From assembly GCA_043228905.1 (NCBI GenBank), contig JBHGNT010000006.1:5146001-5210000 (forward strand): a stretch of 64,000 nt of DNA. The letters are read 5' to 3'. This stretch comes from Azolla caroliniana. Taxonomy: Eukaryota; Plantae; Polypodiophyta. Of this stretch, positions 22,401-33,300 are shown piece after piece; the first letter of the stretch is position 1, and every line of letters starts with the position of its first letter. A model generated the notes under the pieces. It had not been told where the DNA came from. It saw only the letters and a program-made list of their open reading frames with translations, and did no database searches. The position numbers and the translations under genes are program-made.

Positions 22401-25059
22401 AGGCTTACGGAATCGGAGATGGGGGAGCCGCGGACAACGACGTCCGAACGAAAGCGGCTACGGAGACAACAAGCGACGGTGCCGGGTCCTTACCCACACC
22501 AATCCTAGAGGCTCCAATGGCCGGCCCGAGTGCCGGCATGAGGCTTCGTGCGACGGGAGGTGACGGCGGCAAGGCGGGCAACGGAAACGAGAAGGAAGAT
22601 TGGAGCGGACGGAGGCAAGACCCCTTGACACCGGGGCCGGAGACTTCGGCGGTTGTGCTCGAATGCCAACATGAGACCGAAGAGGTGGGCGATGACCGTG
22701 AGGAGGTGAGGCCCGGAGAGAGCGCATACGAAGACGAGTATGCGGGGCCCGGAATGGGCGTATACGGTGGGTCCGACGGAGAGGACCGGAGCGGAAATGA
22801 GGAGAGAGTCGGGAACCGACCCGACCGGAATACGGCACGGAAGAAGAAGAGAGTAAGGACCGGCGAACCGGGCCCAAACCGAAGGAAGCCGGCGAGACCG
22901 ATTGGCCGGTTACGGTTACGGTTACGATGGGAGCCGGTAAGCGCGAGATGGAGGCTAACCGGGCACGACGACCATGGTTCGGGGGAAAAACGGAAACAAA
23001 CGAGACCCTCCATACCCACTCTAGAGACTACGGCGGTTGCGGATCAACATGAGACCGGAGAGACGGCGGGTGGCGGCGAGGAGTCGGAGGCCGGAGCGTA
23101 CGAGGTTACCGGAACGGATATCCGGTACGAGATGGTGGACGGGTGGGTCCAAGACGGCGAGCCCGTGTCGGAACGGGCTACGGCGACAAAGGAGGAGAAG
23201 ACCGACACGGAGGTCGGGTCTACGGCGGAAGAGCGAGACGAGATGCATGCAATACGGCCGATGGAGGGCCAAGACACAAGCATGCCTACGAAGGAGCCAC
23301 ATCGAGTGACCGAAGATGACGGTCGGATCACGCCTTCGAGAGGCGAATACGAGGAGGAAGGCGGCGACGACGAGACCTGGCACGATGCTAGGGAAGATTG
23401 GTGGGAAGAGGTGGCCTACGGAGAGGCTAAGACCGGAGGCCACGAAGATAAGGCCCGAGAGGGATCCTCCACACCGGCTATAGAGACTCCGGCGGTCGGC
23501 GCGAGTGCCGACGTGAGACCAAGAGTGGCAGACGGTGGCGGCGAGGGGACGAAGGCCACAACGGATGAAGGCACCGAGAGAGGCATACGGGAGGTCGCGG
23601 AGAACGAAGATGTATGCGCCCAAAAGAACGAACACGACATCACGAAGGATGTGTGCGGTCGAGCGGGCCAAGAGGGCCAAGAGGGTGTTCCTCCGAGCGA
23701 AACGGAGGTCGGGGAAGAAAGGCACCTTTCCGAAAGGGTACGCGAAGAGGAGCGGAATGTGAAACGTGCAATGCGGCCGCATGAGGGCCAAGCAACGAGC
23801 ACGGGAGCGATGGTATGCTCTACGGCAAGAGAGCACGGCAAGCAAAGGGAAGGCGAAAAATGCGTGATGGGGTCATCGAAGGACCGAAGCACGAGCACGC
23901 ATTCGGAGGGCGACACCGACGTACGGGGAAGCTTACGGAAGGCAAGCGCGGAGCGAGAAGAGTCGGCACGACGAGGTGCGCGGCACGAAAAAGGCGGATC
24001 CGGAGGATATGCAAGGCGGACAAAGGGTCGGCAACGGCGTTCGGGAGGAGCGATCGGGGAAGAAAGCGCGGGCATCGGAAACGGCGGTCCGGATGTAAAC
24101 GGTGGTTCGAGGAAACACGGTGGACGTGGCGGATCGGGTGGAGGCAACGACTCGGCGAACGTCGTCAAGCGTGACGGATCGGACAGAGCCGACGGTTCGA
24201 AACCATTCGGCGGAGATGGTGGGCCGGAAGGCGACGGTGGTTCGTGTGGACGGGGTGGACTTGCTCAAAGTGGAAGACAAAGCCGGGCAAGCCCACGAGG
24301 TTGTCAAGGGCTCGGTTGGCCGCCTTGGCCGAAAATCTCGTGTTTTGTTCCCCTTTTGGCACATACCGGTGGATGTGCGGTTAGGTGGGGGCGGATGTCG
24401 TGAAGATTTTCGTCCATAGGCGGAAAACCGAGCGAAGCAAGCAAACCCGCGATGTGCAACGTTGCACATCAACATGTTGTATTTCTATTTATCGATAGTG
24501 ATAAGTATGGTGCTAGAAATGCACCTTAGGATTTGTAAAGTGTAACGGTAATGTGCTTTTGCGCGCACATCTACGTGAGAGAGAGAGATAGGTACATAGT
24601 AGTTCGTGTAGAGGTGGGAGTTAAGACCCCTCCTTCCCACCTCCCCTAAAATCAAGGGAAATATCCCCATTGATTGAAAGGGGATATTTTGTAGCACCTT
24701 TATGTAACGGTCTTCCCTCCTTGTGCTATAAAGGGAGAGGAAGAGCACCATTGTGGGGGTTGCCTTATTTTTTAGTGTGAGTGAGGTATACCATTTCGTT
24801 TTAGGGTTAGGGTTTCGTTTAGGGTTCCTTAGTTAGGGTTTCTTGTGTCGTTTGGCGCGGCCTACGCGGCCGCCATTTTGTAATCGGTTTTCGGTTTCTA
24901 ATATATCTTGTTGAGCATTTGGCCTCCATCTTCCTCTTGTTCATTCTTTCTCTTCTTGTGCTAAGCTCCATTCCGAAGTCCTATTCCTTCTCCCCTTCTC
25001 CTTAGTCCAAGACCCCCGTGGTTCCGCCCTTCTCCACGCACGCGCGTAACAACGCGACA
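19426..25059 (+). mobile_element. Element F: youngest insertion, non-autonomous gag-only (TR-GAG-like) LTR element
   Basis: 664-bp LTRs 19426-20089 and 24396-25059 with no mismatch seen, TSD GCGT. tRNA-Trp PBS 20094-20110 and family PPT GTTAGGTGGGGGCGGA. Confidence 0.96.
20132..24403 (+). CDS. 1423-aa Gag-capsid-like domain fused to a long acidic Gly/Glu/Thr-rich repetitive tail
   Basis: The first ~195 aa align by eye with family Gag (GRFDGK..FL..Y, VLLF, GLTEEW). The rest has imperfect repeats (ATFHTPxLExxAxGPSAxxRPRxxxGGGGKAGN). No PR/RT/RH/IN. The ORF fills the whole internal region. Confidence 0.8.
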   Translation: MEEGFDFEEMMTKILMDAGRKRARREAAQQAVERVVRLVGRFDGKEVPKFLRAYDAETTGMGVDEATRLEFFRRAAAASKYEEVKELQEAHESWESFEGALMEAYGCAESEVRGRREFDRWMASARRHRSAIEAFREFERRFSQLSEWERRSVGADKVLLFLETVHHEERMDIMLELQDDYGAHGLTEEWPEVEWVCRQHEARRSATTRPASGGEERASTDYAMPPDESSSRTGLEGLDLQALIREACGLVMAEIEAEEWLIAGSGPSGSEDTEEGASSHMKDGAYAEAEREWYIGTTGEGAERAALSTWGERTTEDEVGDGEAAIADSSGHGGFGTWWPESSSTEETSGGTATFHAPVQETTAAGPSARMRPREKHGGGGKAGNRDNGKETAEEAAASIIDACIYGGGVATDNDVRAEVATDIASTSGGPATLHASFLEITAAGPSARVRPMVKGGGCGKAGDHGVDTREGAEQATVSSRGKRTAMDEAGIYGAMDATSRVGGSFGTRLPETFYEDFASILEACEMEEEDETSDGVATFHTPALEASAVGPSAGTRPRATDGGGGKADNRDEDETGKEEAAASILDACETEDGVATDDDVRMEVATDERSGGVATFHTPVLETPAPGPRAGERPRVTDGGGGKAGNRNDDDMGEGAERATLSSCGEWTAKDEAGDYKAEGATSKVGRRFGARRPKTSSGEEASGGAATFHTPALEASAVGPSAGTRPRTTGGGGGKAGKQNDAENGEEEVVASILEAYGIGDGGAADNDVRTKAATETTSDGAGSLPTPILEAPMAGPSAGMRLRATGGDGGKAGNGNEKEDWSGRRQDPLTPGPETSAVVLECQHETEEVGDDREEVRPGESAYEDEYAGPGMGVYGGSDGEDRSGNEERVGNRPDRNTARKKKRVRTGEPGPNRRKPARPIGRLRLRLRWEPVSARWRLTGHDDHGSGEKRKQTRPSIPTLETTAVADQHETGETAGGGEESEAGAYEVTGTDIRYEMVDGWVQDGEPVSERATATKEEKTDTEVGSTAEERDEMHAIRPMEGQDTSMPTKEPHRVTEDDGRITPSRGEYEEEGGDDETWHDAREDWWEEVAYGEAKTGGHEDKAREGSSTPAIETPAVGASADVRPRVADGGGEGTKATTDEGTERGIREVAENEDVCAQKNEHDITKDVCGRAGQEGQEGVPPSETEVGEERHLSERVREEERNVKRAMRPHEGQATSTGAMVCSTAREHGKQREGEKCVMGSSKDRSTSTHSEGDTDVRGSLRKASAEREESARRGARHEKGGSGGYARRTKGRQRRSGGAIGEESAGIGNGGPDVNGGSRKHGGRGGSGGGNDSANVVKRDGSDRADGSKPFGGDGGPEGDGGSCGRGGLAQSGRQSRASPRGCQGLGWPPWPKISCFVPLLAHTGGCAVRWGRMS

Positions 25060-27737
25060 GCGTCGCTGCCCTTATTTTCCACCCGTGCTTGGTGTTGATC
25101 GGCCATTTGCCCTTCTTATAGAAGTCCATGGACATCAAATTGATCTCCGATCCGTGGTCCACCAAAGCTATCACCTGTTCCTGGACATCGCCGATCTTCA
25201 CCGGGGTTTCCGTGGTCGCTCGGGCCCAGTGTGGTCTCGAATAGTGGCTTTCCGCCCACTCGTCTCCCAGCGCCATGTCGTCTAGGTGCGTCGTCCGCAC
25301 TTCCACCGGTCTTTCCGGTTCTGTCTCCGTCGACAGCCTCTTCCGTTTCACCAAGTCCACGATGGAGTCGTGGAACTCCTTCTTGGCGATTCCCAGCACC
25401 TCTCGTAACGACAGCTCCACCTTGCTGTCGAGGATCCGTTCCTCCAGGACCTTTCGTAAGTCCGTGGTCCTTTCTATCTCCGTCCCCAGACGGTACCCGC
25501 CCTTCTGGGGTTTATCTTGCGTACCGGCCCCGCCGGCTTCGTCCCGTCGTGGCCCGGACCGGGTCTCGTATCGTTGTGAGGGCCCGGTCGTCCCGGGTCT
25601 CCCCACCCGCTTCTCTTCTACCAGAGCCTCGTAGTTCTGGCAAGCGGCTTCCACGAAGCCCGTCCTTTCCTCGACCGGGTCGCTCCACCCGGTCATCTCC
25701 CGTACCCGTTTCTCCGCACGGTCCGATTCCTCCCCTTTAAGCCTTGCACCGGCAAGGCCTTCCAGCATCGTCGGCCAGAATCCGGCTTTGCTTTCCCTTC
25801 GGGCCTCGCCGCCCCCGACTCGAATGCCGGCCGACGCCGAGTAGTGGACGGTTTCCGCGTGTCGGGCCGCCGCCTCTTCCATCAACCCTTTCATACCACC
25901 TTTTCCGTCGTTTCGGCTCAGGGCCCTTCGGGTGTCGCTGGCATGCACCCGTCCTTCCCACAGGTACACCACCCTGTCCCTCAGCGCCTCCGCGAAGTCG
26001 TCGCAGTCCTTCCGAATGTGGCCGACTTCATCGCACCACATGCACCTGTTTCCTGCCGCCGGCCGTCGGTCACGAGCCGGTTCGCCTCCTTCCCTTCGAG
26101 CCTGCGCGATTTGGAGGTCCTTTATCGCCTTCGTCAATTCCTCCAGCGCCGCTCCTCCGGTTGAGCCTCTGACTACGCCGGTCGAAGCCGAACCGGTTTC
26201 CAACCACCCCCGGGTCTCTTCCTTGCGCACCTGTGGCGCTGGTTCGAGCTTCCTCGCTGCGACCGAGCCCGACCCGGTCGCCCCGTTATCCGCCCATTCT
26301 CGCCGTTTGTCGAAATGGCCACAGACCTTCCTGACAGCCGCCCAGTCGGTAGTGAGCCCGTCTTCGGTTTCCAGCAAGAGGCCCACTTGCTCCCGATCCC
26401 GCTCATCGACCGACTTGACAAACAGCAAGACCCGGCTCGTGTCCAGGATGGTTTGGTCGAGCGCCGAAAGGCGCGCAAAGTTTTCCTCGAACTCCCGGAG
26501 GAGCGCCGACGCGTTTCTTCCCTTCCCCGGGGACTCCACCCATTCCATGAACCTTCGCTTCGAAAGCCGGAGCGCGTCGTCCAGCCCGTATTTCTCTAGG
26601 AGCCGACCTTCGAACTCCTCCCAGGTACGGCTCTCCGTCCGCACCCCGAGCACCTCCGCATGGATGCTCGGCAGCGCTACTCGGGGAAATCCGGCAAGAC
26701 GCCTTTCTTCCGGAATGTCCCGCATCAGCATCTCTGCACCGTAGGATGCCAAATACTTCGTGGCATCCTTCCCATCGAACCGGCCGATCGTGCCGACGAC
26801 CGCCTCAATAGCTCTGTCGAGGGCACCGGTGATCTCGCGCGCGTTTACAATCCGATCCACGGCCGAAGCCATGGCCTCTGCGAGATCCGACCCCCTCATC
26901 TTCTGCTCTTCTGCCGCCTCTTTCACGTCGGGTTCACCAAAGATGTCGAGATATTTCGCAAGTGCGTGTGGAGATGAGGCGGGACCGCGGGGGTCTCGAA
27001 CCAAAGAGCAAGCGAGGGAGGAGAGAGAGAGAGAACCGACTACGCAGGACCGGGGATACACAGGGACACGGCCCTTCAGCACGGAGAACGCGAACAGACA
27101 CCGACACAGACAGACGCGAACGACTAAATATGTATATTAACAAAATTGCTAACACGACTACAACCCTCGATGGGGCGCAGGTTGGTTACAACCGAACAGG
27201 CCGGCGAACAGATGCCGATGCCTGTTCGCGTCGACGCACAAACGGGGTAGCAGGTCGGAGGTGCTGTCGGAAGCACTCGGGCGTTCCTCGAAACAGCGCG
27301 AGCCTCCTCGGAACCCTGCACCGAAAGCTATGGGGCTCAAGAAGGAAGGAAACTGAGAGAGAAGCGTCCAGAAACGGTCCGACAGCACTTCGCCCTCTCT
27401 GCGCGAGATCCCTGCAACAGCTCTTTCCTGCTCCTTATATATAGGCCGACGAGCAGGCCGTCCTGTCAGCTTTATTCCCTGTCCCTTTTGGACCGGGATC
27501 CGCTCCGTTCTTCACGCATCCGCGTAGTTACGCCGCCGACTCGTACAGTTCCTTAACTCGCGCGCGCGACCGAGAAGACTGTTCGCGCGGTGTTTGTCTC
27601 CACTTGTGTTAGGGCCCGTTCCTGCCGATTATCCTCCTAATCCGCTTTTATGTACAACTTGGAGCTTGCGCGCGTGAAGAACCGGTTCCCACGCCTAGGT
27701 GCGCCGACTCCGCCTATGGACGGTTTTCTTCGCGACA

Positions 27738-30397
27738 CCGTACCGAAGAAAAACGGGACATTGTGCTTCATTCAGGACCTGCAGCCGGTCAACAGAGTGA
27801 CCATTCGGAATGCAAGAATCGGACCGACCATAGACGAGTTCGCGGACGCCTTCGCCGGAAGGTCGATTTACTCGGTCGGTGATCTGTACTCGGGATACGA
27901 TCAGTTCCAGCTAGCCGTGGAGAGCAGAGACATTACGACGATGCGAACTCCCCTCGGCCTAGTGCGAATGTGTACCCTGCCGCAAGGAGGGACCAACTTG
28001 GTGGCCCACATGGTGAATGCAATGAACAAGGTACTGAGGGATTGCATCCCGGACATCACCATGCCGTTTCTAGACGACATCCCATTCAAAGGGTGCCCGG
28101 TGGGAGAGAAGGACGAGACAGTCGGGCCGGACGGATGCCGGCGATTCGTGGAACCTCACATCGGCGACTACGAGAAGGTGCTACAAAGGCTAGAGGATGC
28201 GAGGCTCACCTTCTCCGGGGAGAAATCGGCCTTCGGGCAATCAGAAATCCTGGTGGTCGGGCACCTATGTGGACCGTATGGCCGGAAGCCGTCTCCGGCA
28301 AAGGTAGAAGCCATCTCCGCGATGAAGACCGACTGTAGCTCGGTTACGGAAGTTCAGAGGTTCCTGGGGGCATGCGCATTCTACCACATATGGATCCCAC
28401 ATTACGCCCACGTTGCGGAGCCGCTATACGGGTTGCTGAAGAAAGGGCGAAAATTCGAGTGGCGAGACGAGCACGCGGAGTCGGTCAAGAAGCTGAAGGA
28501 AGCTCTTGCGGCAGCACCGGCGCTCCGGAAGGCTGTCTACGAGAAGGGTACCCCGGTATACATAACGGTGGATACGAGTCCGACCGGGATCGGATGGGTC
28601 GTCAACCAAGAAGACGGGGACGGCATTGGGTTCCCGATCTGATTCGGCGCGAAGGTCCTCAGCGAGCGACAGCGAGGGTACGCCCAGGTTAAACGCGAAC
28701 TCTGGGGTATCGTTTCGGCAGTAAAGGCCGACAAAGACTACCTGATCGGGAGGGAAGTGATCATCGAGACGGATTGCCTGCCAATTCTCGGCATGGTTTC
28801 CGGATGCGCGACACCGGACCTGGCGATGCTCAGGTGGATAGCATACATCAAGTCCCTGGATCCGGAAATACGGCACATTTCCGGAAAGGACAACGCCATG
28901 GCCGACATGCTTTAAAGGGCGAGGTTTGATGACGAGGGCGGCATGGTTTCGGAGGACGAAGAAGTCGGCGTGGACTTCTTCGAGGCGGCGTACGTGACGG
29001 CCGATGGGACGAGCACTCCGGCGCTTAACGGCTTCGACGAGAGCAAGTACGACGGCCAGTGGCTCCAGATCGGTGGGTTTTTTAGCACAATGACGCCGGA
29101 TGTGTCATGGACGAAGGACGAGGCCAACCGGATCCGGAAGAAAGCTTACCGATTCTTTCTCCGGGACGGATACTTATGGAAGCACCCGAAGAAGAGGAAC
29201 GGTGTCCCGCTCCGGGTGGTGGCGATGAAGGAAGAACAGGAGGAGTTGCTGACGGCCTACCACGACAACCTTTGGGTTGGACACCGTGGAACGTGGGCCA
29301 CGTTCGAGAAGATAAAGGGGAAGTACTGGTGGCCGGGACTATACCGGGACGTGCATCGGTTCGTGACAACCTGCGAGAGCTGTCAGATGCACTCTGTGGT
29401 CCGACACCGGGACGAGCTCCACCCTACGTACCCTCCGACCTTTCGTTTCAAATGGATGATAGACCTGGTGACGATGCCGATGGGAGTAGGACAGATGCGG
29501 TATCTGGTCCTGGCTCGGGAAGATCTGACGAACCAGGTAGAAGGCCGGGCCCTTCAGAACAAAACCATCACGGCCGTATGTCGGTTCCTGATTGTGGACG
29601 TGATATGCCGGTACGGGTGCGTCGGGAAGATTGTGGCTGATCGCGGGGAGTTGGACGCCGAAGAGGCCGAGGAGTTGTTCGACCGGTTAGGGGTCAAGCT
29701 CTCGCTTACCACTACGTACAATCCGGAGGCGAATGGAAAGGTGGAGCGCGGACACGGACCGATCGTCAAGGCGTTAGTTCGGGCATGCGGAGGGCAAGTC
29801 GGGAACTGGCCACGGCTGCTGCCTTACGCGTTGTGGGCTGCCCGAACTACGCACAGTTCGGTAACCGGATTCATGCCGGCAGAGCTCATGTTTGGGCAGA
29901 AGCCGGTCATGCCAATGGAACGTACCATCTCCTCATGGGCAACCGTGGACTGGAGAGACGAGATGAGCCGGGAGGAACTGTTGGCGGCGCGCATACGACA
30001 GCTCGAGCGAAGACCGGAGGACGTGGAGCAGGCTGCCGAAAAGCTTCGGGAAGCAAGGATGAGGAACAAAGCCCGGTTCGACCGAACGCACCGGCTCCGA
30101 CCGAAGAAGATCGAGGAAGGCGATTGTGTGCTAGTCTACGACAGCAGCCTTGACAACCAGCATCGAGCGACACGGAAGTTCGCAAGAAGGTGGTTCGGGC
30201 CTTACGTGGTACAAAACGCCAACGACAACGGGACGTACCATCTGGCGGAACTCGACGGTACGAGAATGGCGATACCGGTAGCGGGGAAGCGGATCAAAGC
30301 GTTCAAGAAGCGTCACGATAATGAGCCGGATCCGGTTGACCTGGACCGCGAAAACGAACGATCCGAAACCGAGGAAGAACCGACGAGCGGGGAATGA
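27738..30397 (+). pseudogene. pol: 3' part of pol of element D
   Basis: RT-RH-IN motifs with in-frame stops at about 28640 and 28913. Confidence 0.9.
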
Positions 30398-33300
30398 AGG
30401 CTGGACCAGTTTTCTCCGTCCCAACTCAACTTGGCGCATGCCGGTGGATGCACGGTTAGGTGGGGGCGGATGTCGTGAAGAAAACCGTCCACAAGCGGAA
30501 TCGGTGCACAGGAGCGTAGGAACCGGCTCTTCTCGAATGTTGTCCATAGAAGATCCTAGGCAGGTAGATTTAGTGGGTAGGAAGGAAAGGGGGAAACGGC
30601 TCCTTCCTTGCCTATAAAAGGGGGGTAGGCGCAAAGGGGGAGGGGATCGCAAAGAGTCGAGGACGGAGTGCTGGCGGTTTGGGCGCGAAGGTTTCTCTCT
30701 CTCTCTGGTTCGCAAGCTCCATAGCTTCCTTCTGTGCAGGTTTCGGGAGGCTCGCGCTGCTCTGAGGAATGCCCGAGTGCTTCCGGCAGCACCTCCAACC
30801 TACTCCCTCCTTCCTGTGTTTTTACGAGCAGGTATCGGCATCTGTTCGCCGGCCTGTTCGATTGTAACCGACTTCGTGTTTTTGTAGATTGTCTTTGATA
30901 ATACGTACATACATTCGTGTCTCTCTGTGCCGTTGTCCCACTCGCGCCTTTGTGTCGAAGGGCCGTGTCCCTGTGAATCTACTCCCGCACGTAGTGGGTC
31001 TCTTCTCCTTTTCTCTTGCTCTTCAGTACAGGACCCCCGAGGTCCTGCCTCATTCCACGCATCCGCGAGGAATACCTCGACAACGGGCTGACGACCGACT
31101 GGGCTGCGGTGAAGAGAGTCTGTGGCCGTTTCGACAAACAGCGAGAATGGGCTGACAACGGGGCGACTGGAGCGGGCTCTGTCACAGCAAGGAGGCTTGA
31201 ACCGGCACCACAAGGGCGTAGGGCAGAGACCCGGGAGTGGCTTGAAACCGGTTCGGCTCCGACCGGCATGATCAATGACTCGTCCGGAGGAGTAGCGCTG
31301 GAGGAGTTGACGCGCGCGATAAAGGATCTCCAGATCGCCCAGACTCGAAGGGAAGGCGGCGAACCGGCTCGTGACCGACGGCCGACAGAAGGGAACATGT
31401 GCATGTGGTGCGACGAGGTCGGCCACATTCGGAAGGACTGCGGCGATTTCACAGAGGCGTTGAGGAACCGGGTGGTGTACCTATGGGAAGGTCGGGTGCA
31501 CGCCGGCGATACTAGAAGGGCCCTAAACCGGAACGACGGGCGAGGAGGTATGAAGAGACTGATGGAAGAGGCAACGGCCCGACACGTGGAGGCCATCCAC
31601 TACTCGGCGTCGGCCGGTATTCGGGTCGGGGGCAGCGAGGCCCGAAAGGAGAGCAAAGACAGATTCTGGTCGGCAATGCTAGAAGGCCTCGCCGGCGCAC
31701 AGTTGAGGAAAGATGAAGCGGACTGCGCTGAGAGACGGGTCCGGGAAATAACCGGGTGGAGCGACCCGGTTGAGGAGAAGACGGGCTTCGTAGAAGCCAC
31801 CTGCCGGAACTACGAGGCTCTGGTAGAAGACAAACTAGTGGGGAAAGCCGGAGCGGCCAGGCCCTCACAACGGTACGAGACCCGATTCGGGCAACAACGG
31901 AACGATGCCGGTGGGTCCAGCGCGCAAGATAACCCCAGGAAGGGCGTATACCGACTGGGGACGAAAATAGAAAGGACCACGGACCTACGAAAGGTCCTAG
32001 AAGAATAGATCCTCGACAGCAAAGTGGAGTTGTCATGGCGGGAGGTGCTAGGGATCGCTAAGAAGGAGTTCCACGACTCCATTGTGGACTAGGTGAAGCG
32101 GAAGAGGCTGTCGACGGAGACGAAACCGGAAAGACCGGTGGAGGTGCGGACGACGCACATCGACGACTTGACGCTGGAAAATGAGTGGGCGGAGAGCCAC
32201 TATTCAAGGCCACACTGGGCCCGAGCGACCACGGAGACCCCGGTAAAGATCGGAGATGTTCAGGAACCGGTGGTGGCATTGGTGGACCACGGTTCGCAAA
32301 TAAAGCTGATGTCCATGGACTTCTATAAGAAGGGAAAGTGGCCGATCAACACCAAGCACGGGTGGAAGATACGGGCCGCGACGCGCGCCACAGAGGAACT
32401 GCACGAGGCCTACCCGAACGTGCGAGTCAAGATCGGCGACGTCGAGATTGACCAGCACTTCTTCGTACAGGAGACGTCCTCGCACCCGGTCATATTAGGG
32501 GAGCCATACATCACGGCGGCGTGGATGGAGACCAAGGTGCTAGACAACAGTTCGGCCTACGCGAGGGTCAAAAGCCAGGACAGGCGCCATTCGGTCCAAT
32601 TCCTGACGGTGCGACCAAACCACGAGCGAAACCGCGAATCCCTCGGTGGCGAGAACGGGGAGGATTTTTAGAGAGGGCTGCCAAGGCGTGGGGCCGAGAC
32701 AGTCCGGACACTCGGGAAAGACCCCACAGCTGTACGATAGAACCGAAACCGAAGGAACCCTGTACGATAAGTAAAAAATTTTGCTTCTCCAACAACGGAG
32801 GGTGTATGATAGTTGGCATCGTTGGCCGAGAAAAGGCAAGGGCGGAAGTGCGACTTCGAGCATGCGGAGTTCTCGGCCCGGACGAGGAAATCAGCGGAGC
32901 CATGGGGGCGGTCTCCTTCGATGACACCTTGGGAATGCTGAGGAAGGTAGCCGGAGAAGACCTTAACGAAGACCGAACGACACCGGTATGTTCCGAAGAG
33001 ATGTACGAAGTCATCGCGAACTTCAGTCAGGGGCTCGAGCCGGATCGGACGGCCCGAGTTAGCACGAAGTACAAGACTATGGACCGGAAGGTAAGGCCAG
33101 TCGCGGCTCCCTTACCGGAGGGTAGCGAATCCCGAATCGAAGGGGTTGCGTCGGACCCCAGTTTACGAGATCCGGTCTGCATAGGTCACACCTTCACCGA
33201 CGGGACGCTCCGGGAGCTCAAAATCGGTGGGGGCGGGTTCCTACTGCCGGCGGAGGAAGACCGGTTTCGGAGAATGCTCGGAAGGCACGGGAAAGCCTTC

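Larger units (their letters stand above)
19135..26899 (-). pseudogene. gag: gag-protease of element E, interrupted only by element F (coding pieces 25060-26899 and 19135-19425)
   Basis: The ORF reads ...WKIRAAT | RATEELHGACPNV...EDF* across the F insertion. CCHC knuckle and DHG protease present. Confidence 0.9.
14791..27737 (-). mobile_element. Element E: young autonomous-type Ty3/gypsy inserted in the RT of D
   Basis: 794-bp LTRs 14791-15584 and 26944-27737 with about 2 mismatches seen, TSD CCGT. PBS 26923-26939, PPT 15585-15605. Confidence 0.96.
11201..31082 (+). mobile_element. Element D: Ty3/gypsy, decayed, inserted in the gag of C
   Basis: 612-bp LTRs 11201-11812 and 30471-31082, TSD ACGG. 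gag-PR at 11857-13982. pol at 13973-14790 + 27738-30397 with premature stops. Confidence 0.95.

Noticed and set aside
20132-24403. Long ORF of F as an envelope-like gene
   Set aside because: No signal peptide or hydrophobic transmembrane segment is visible, and it is fused to Gag.
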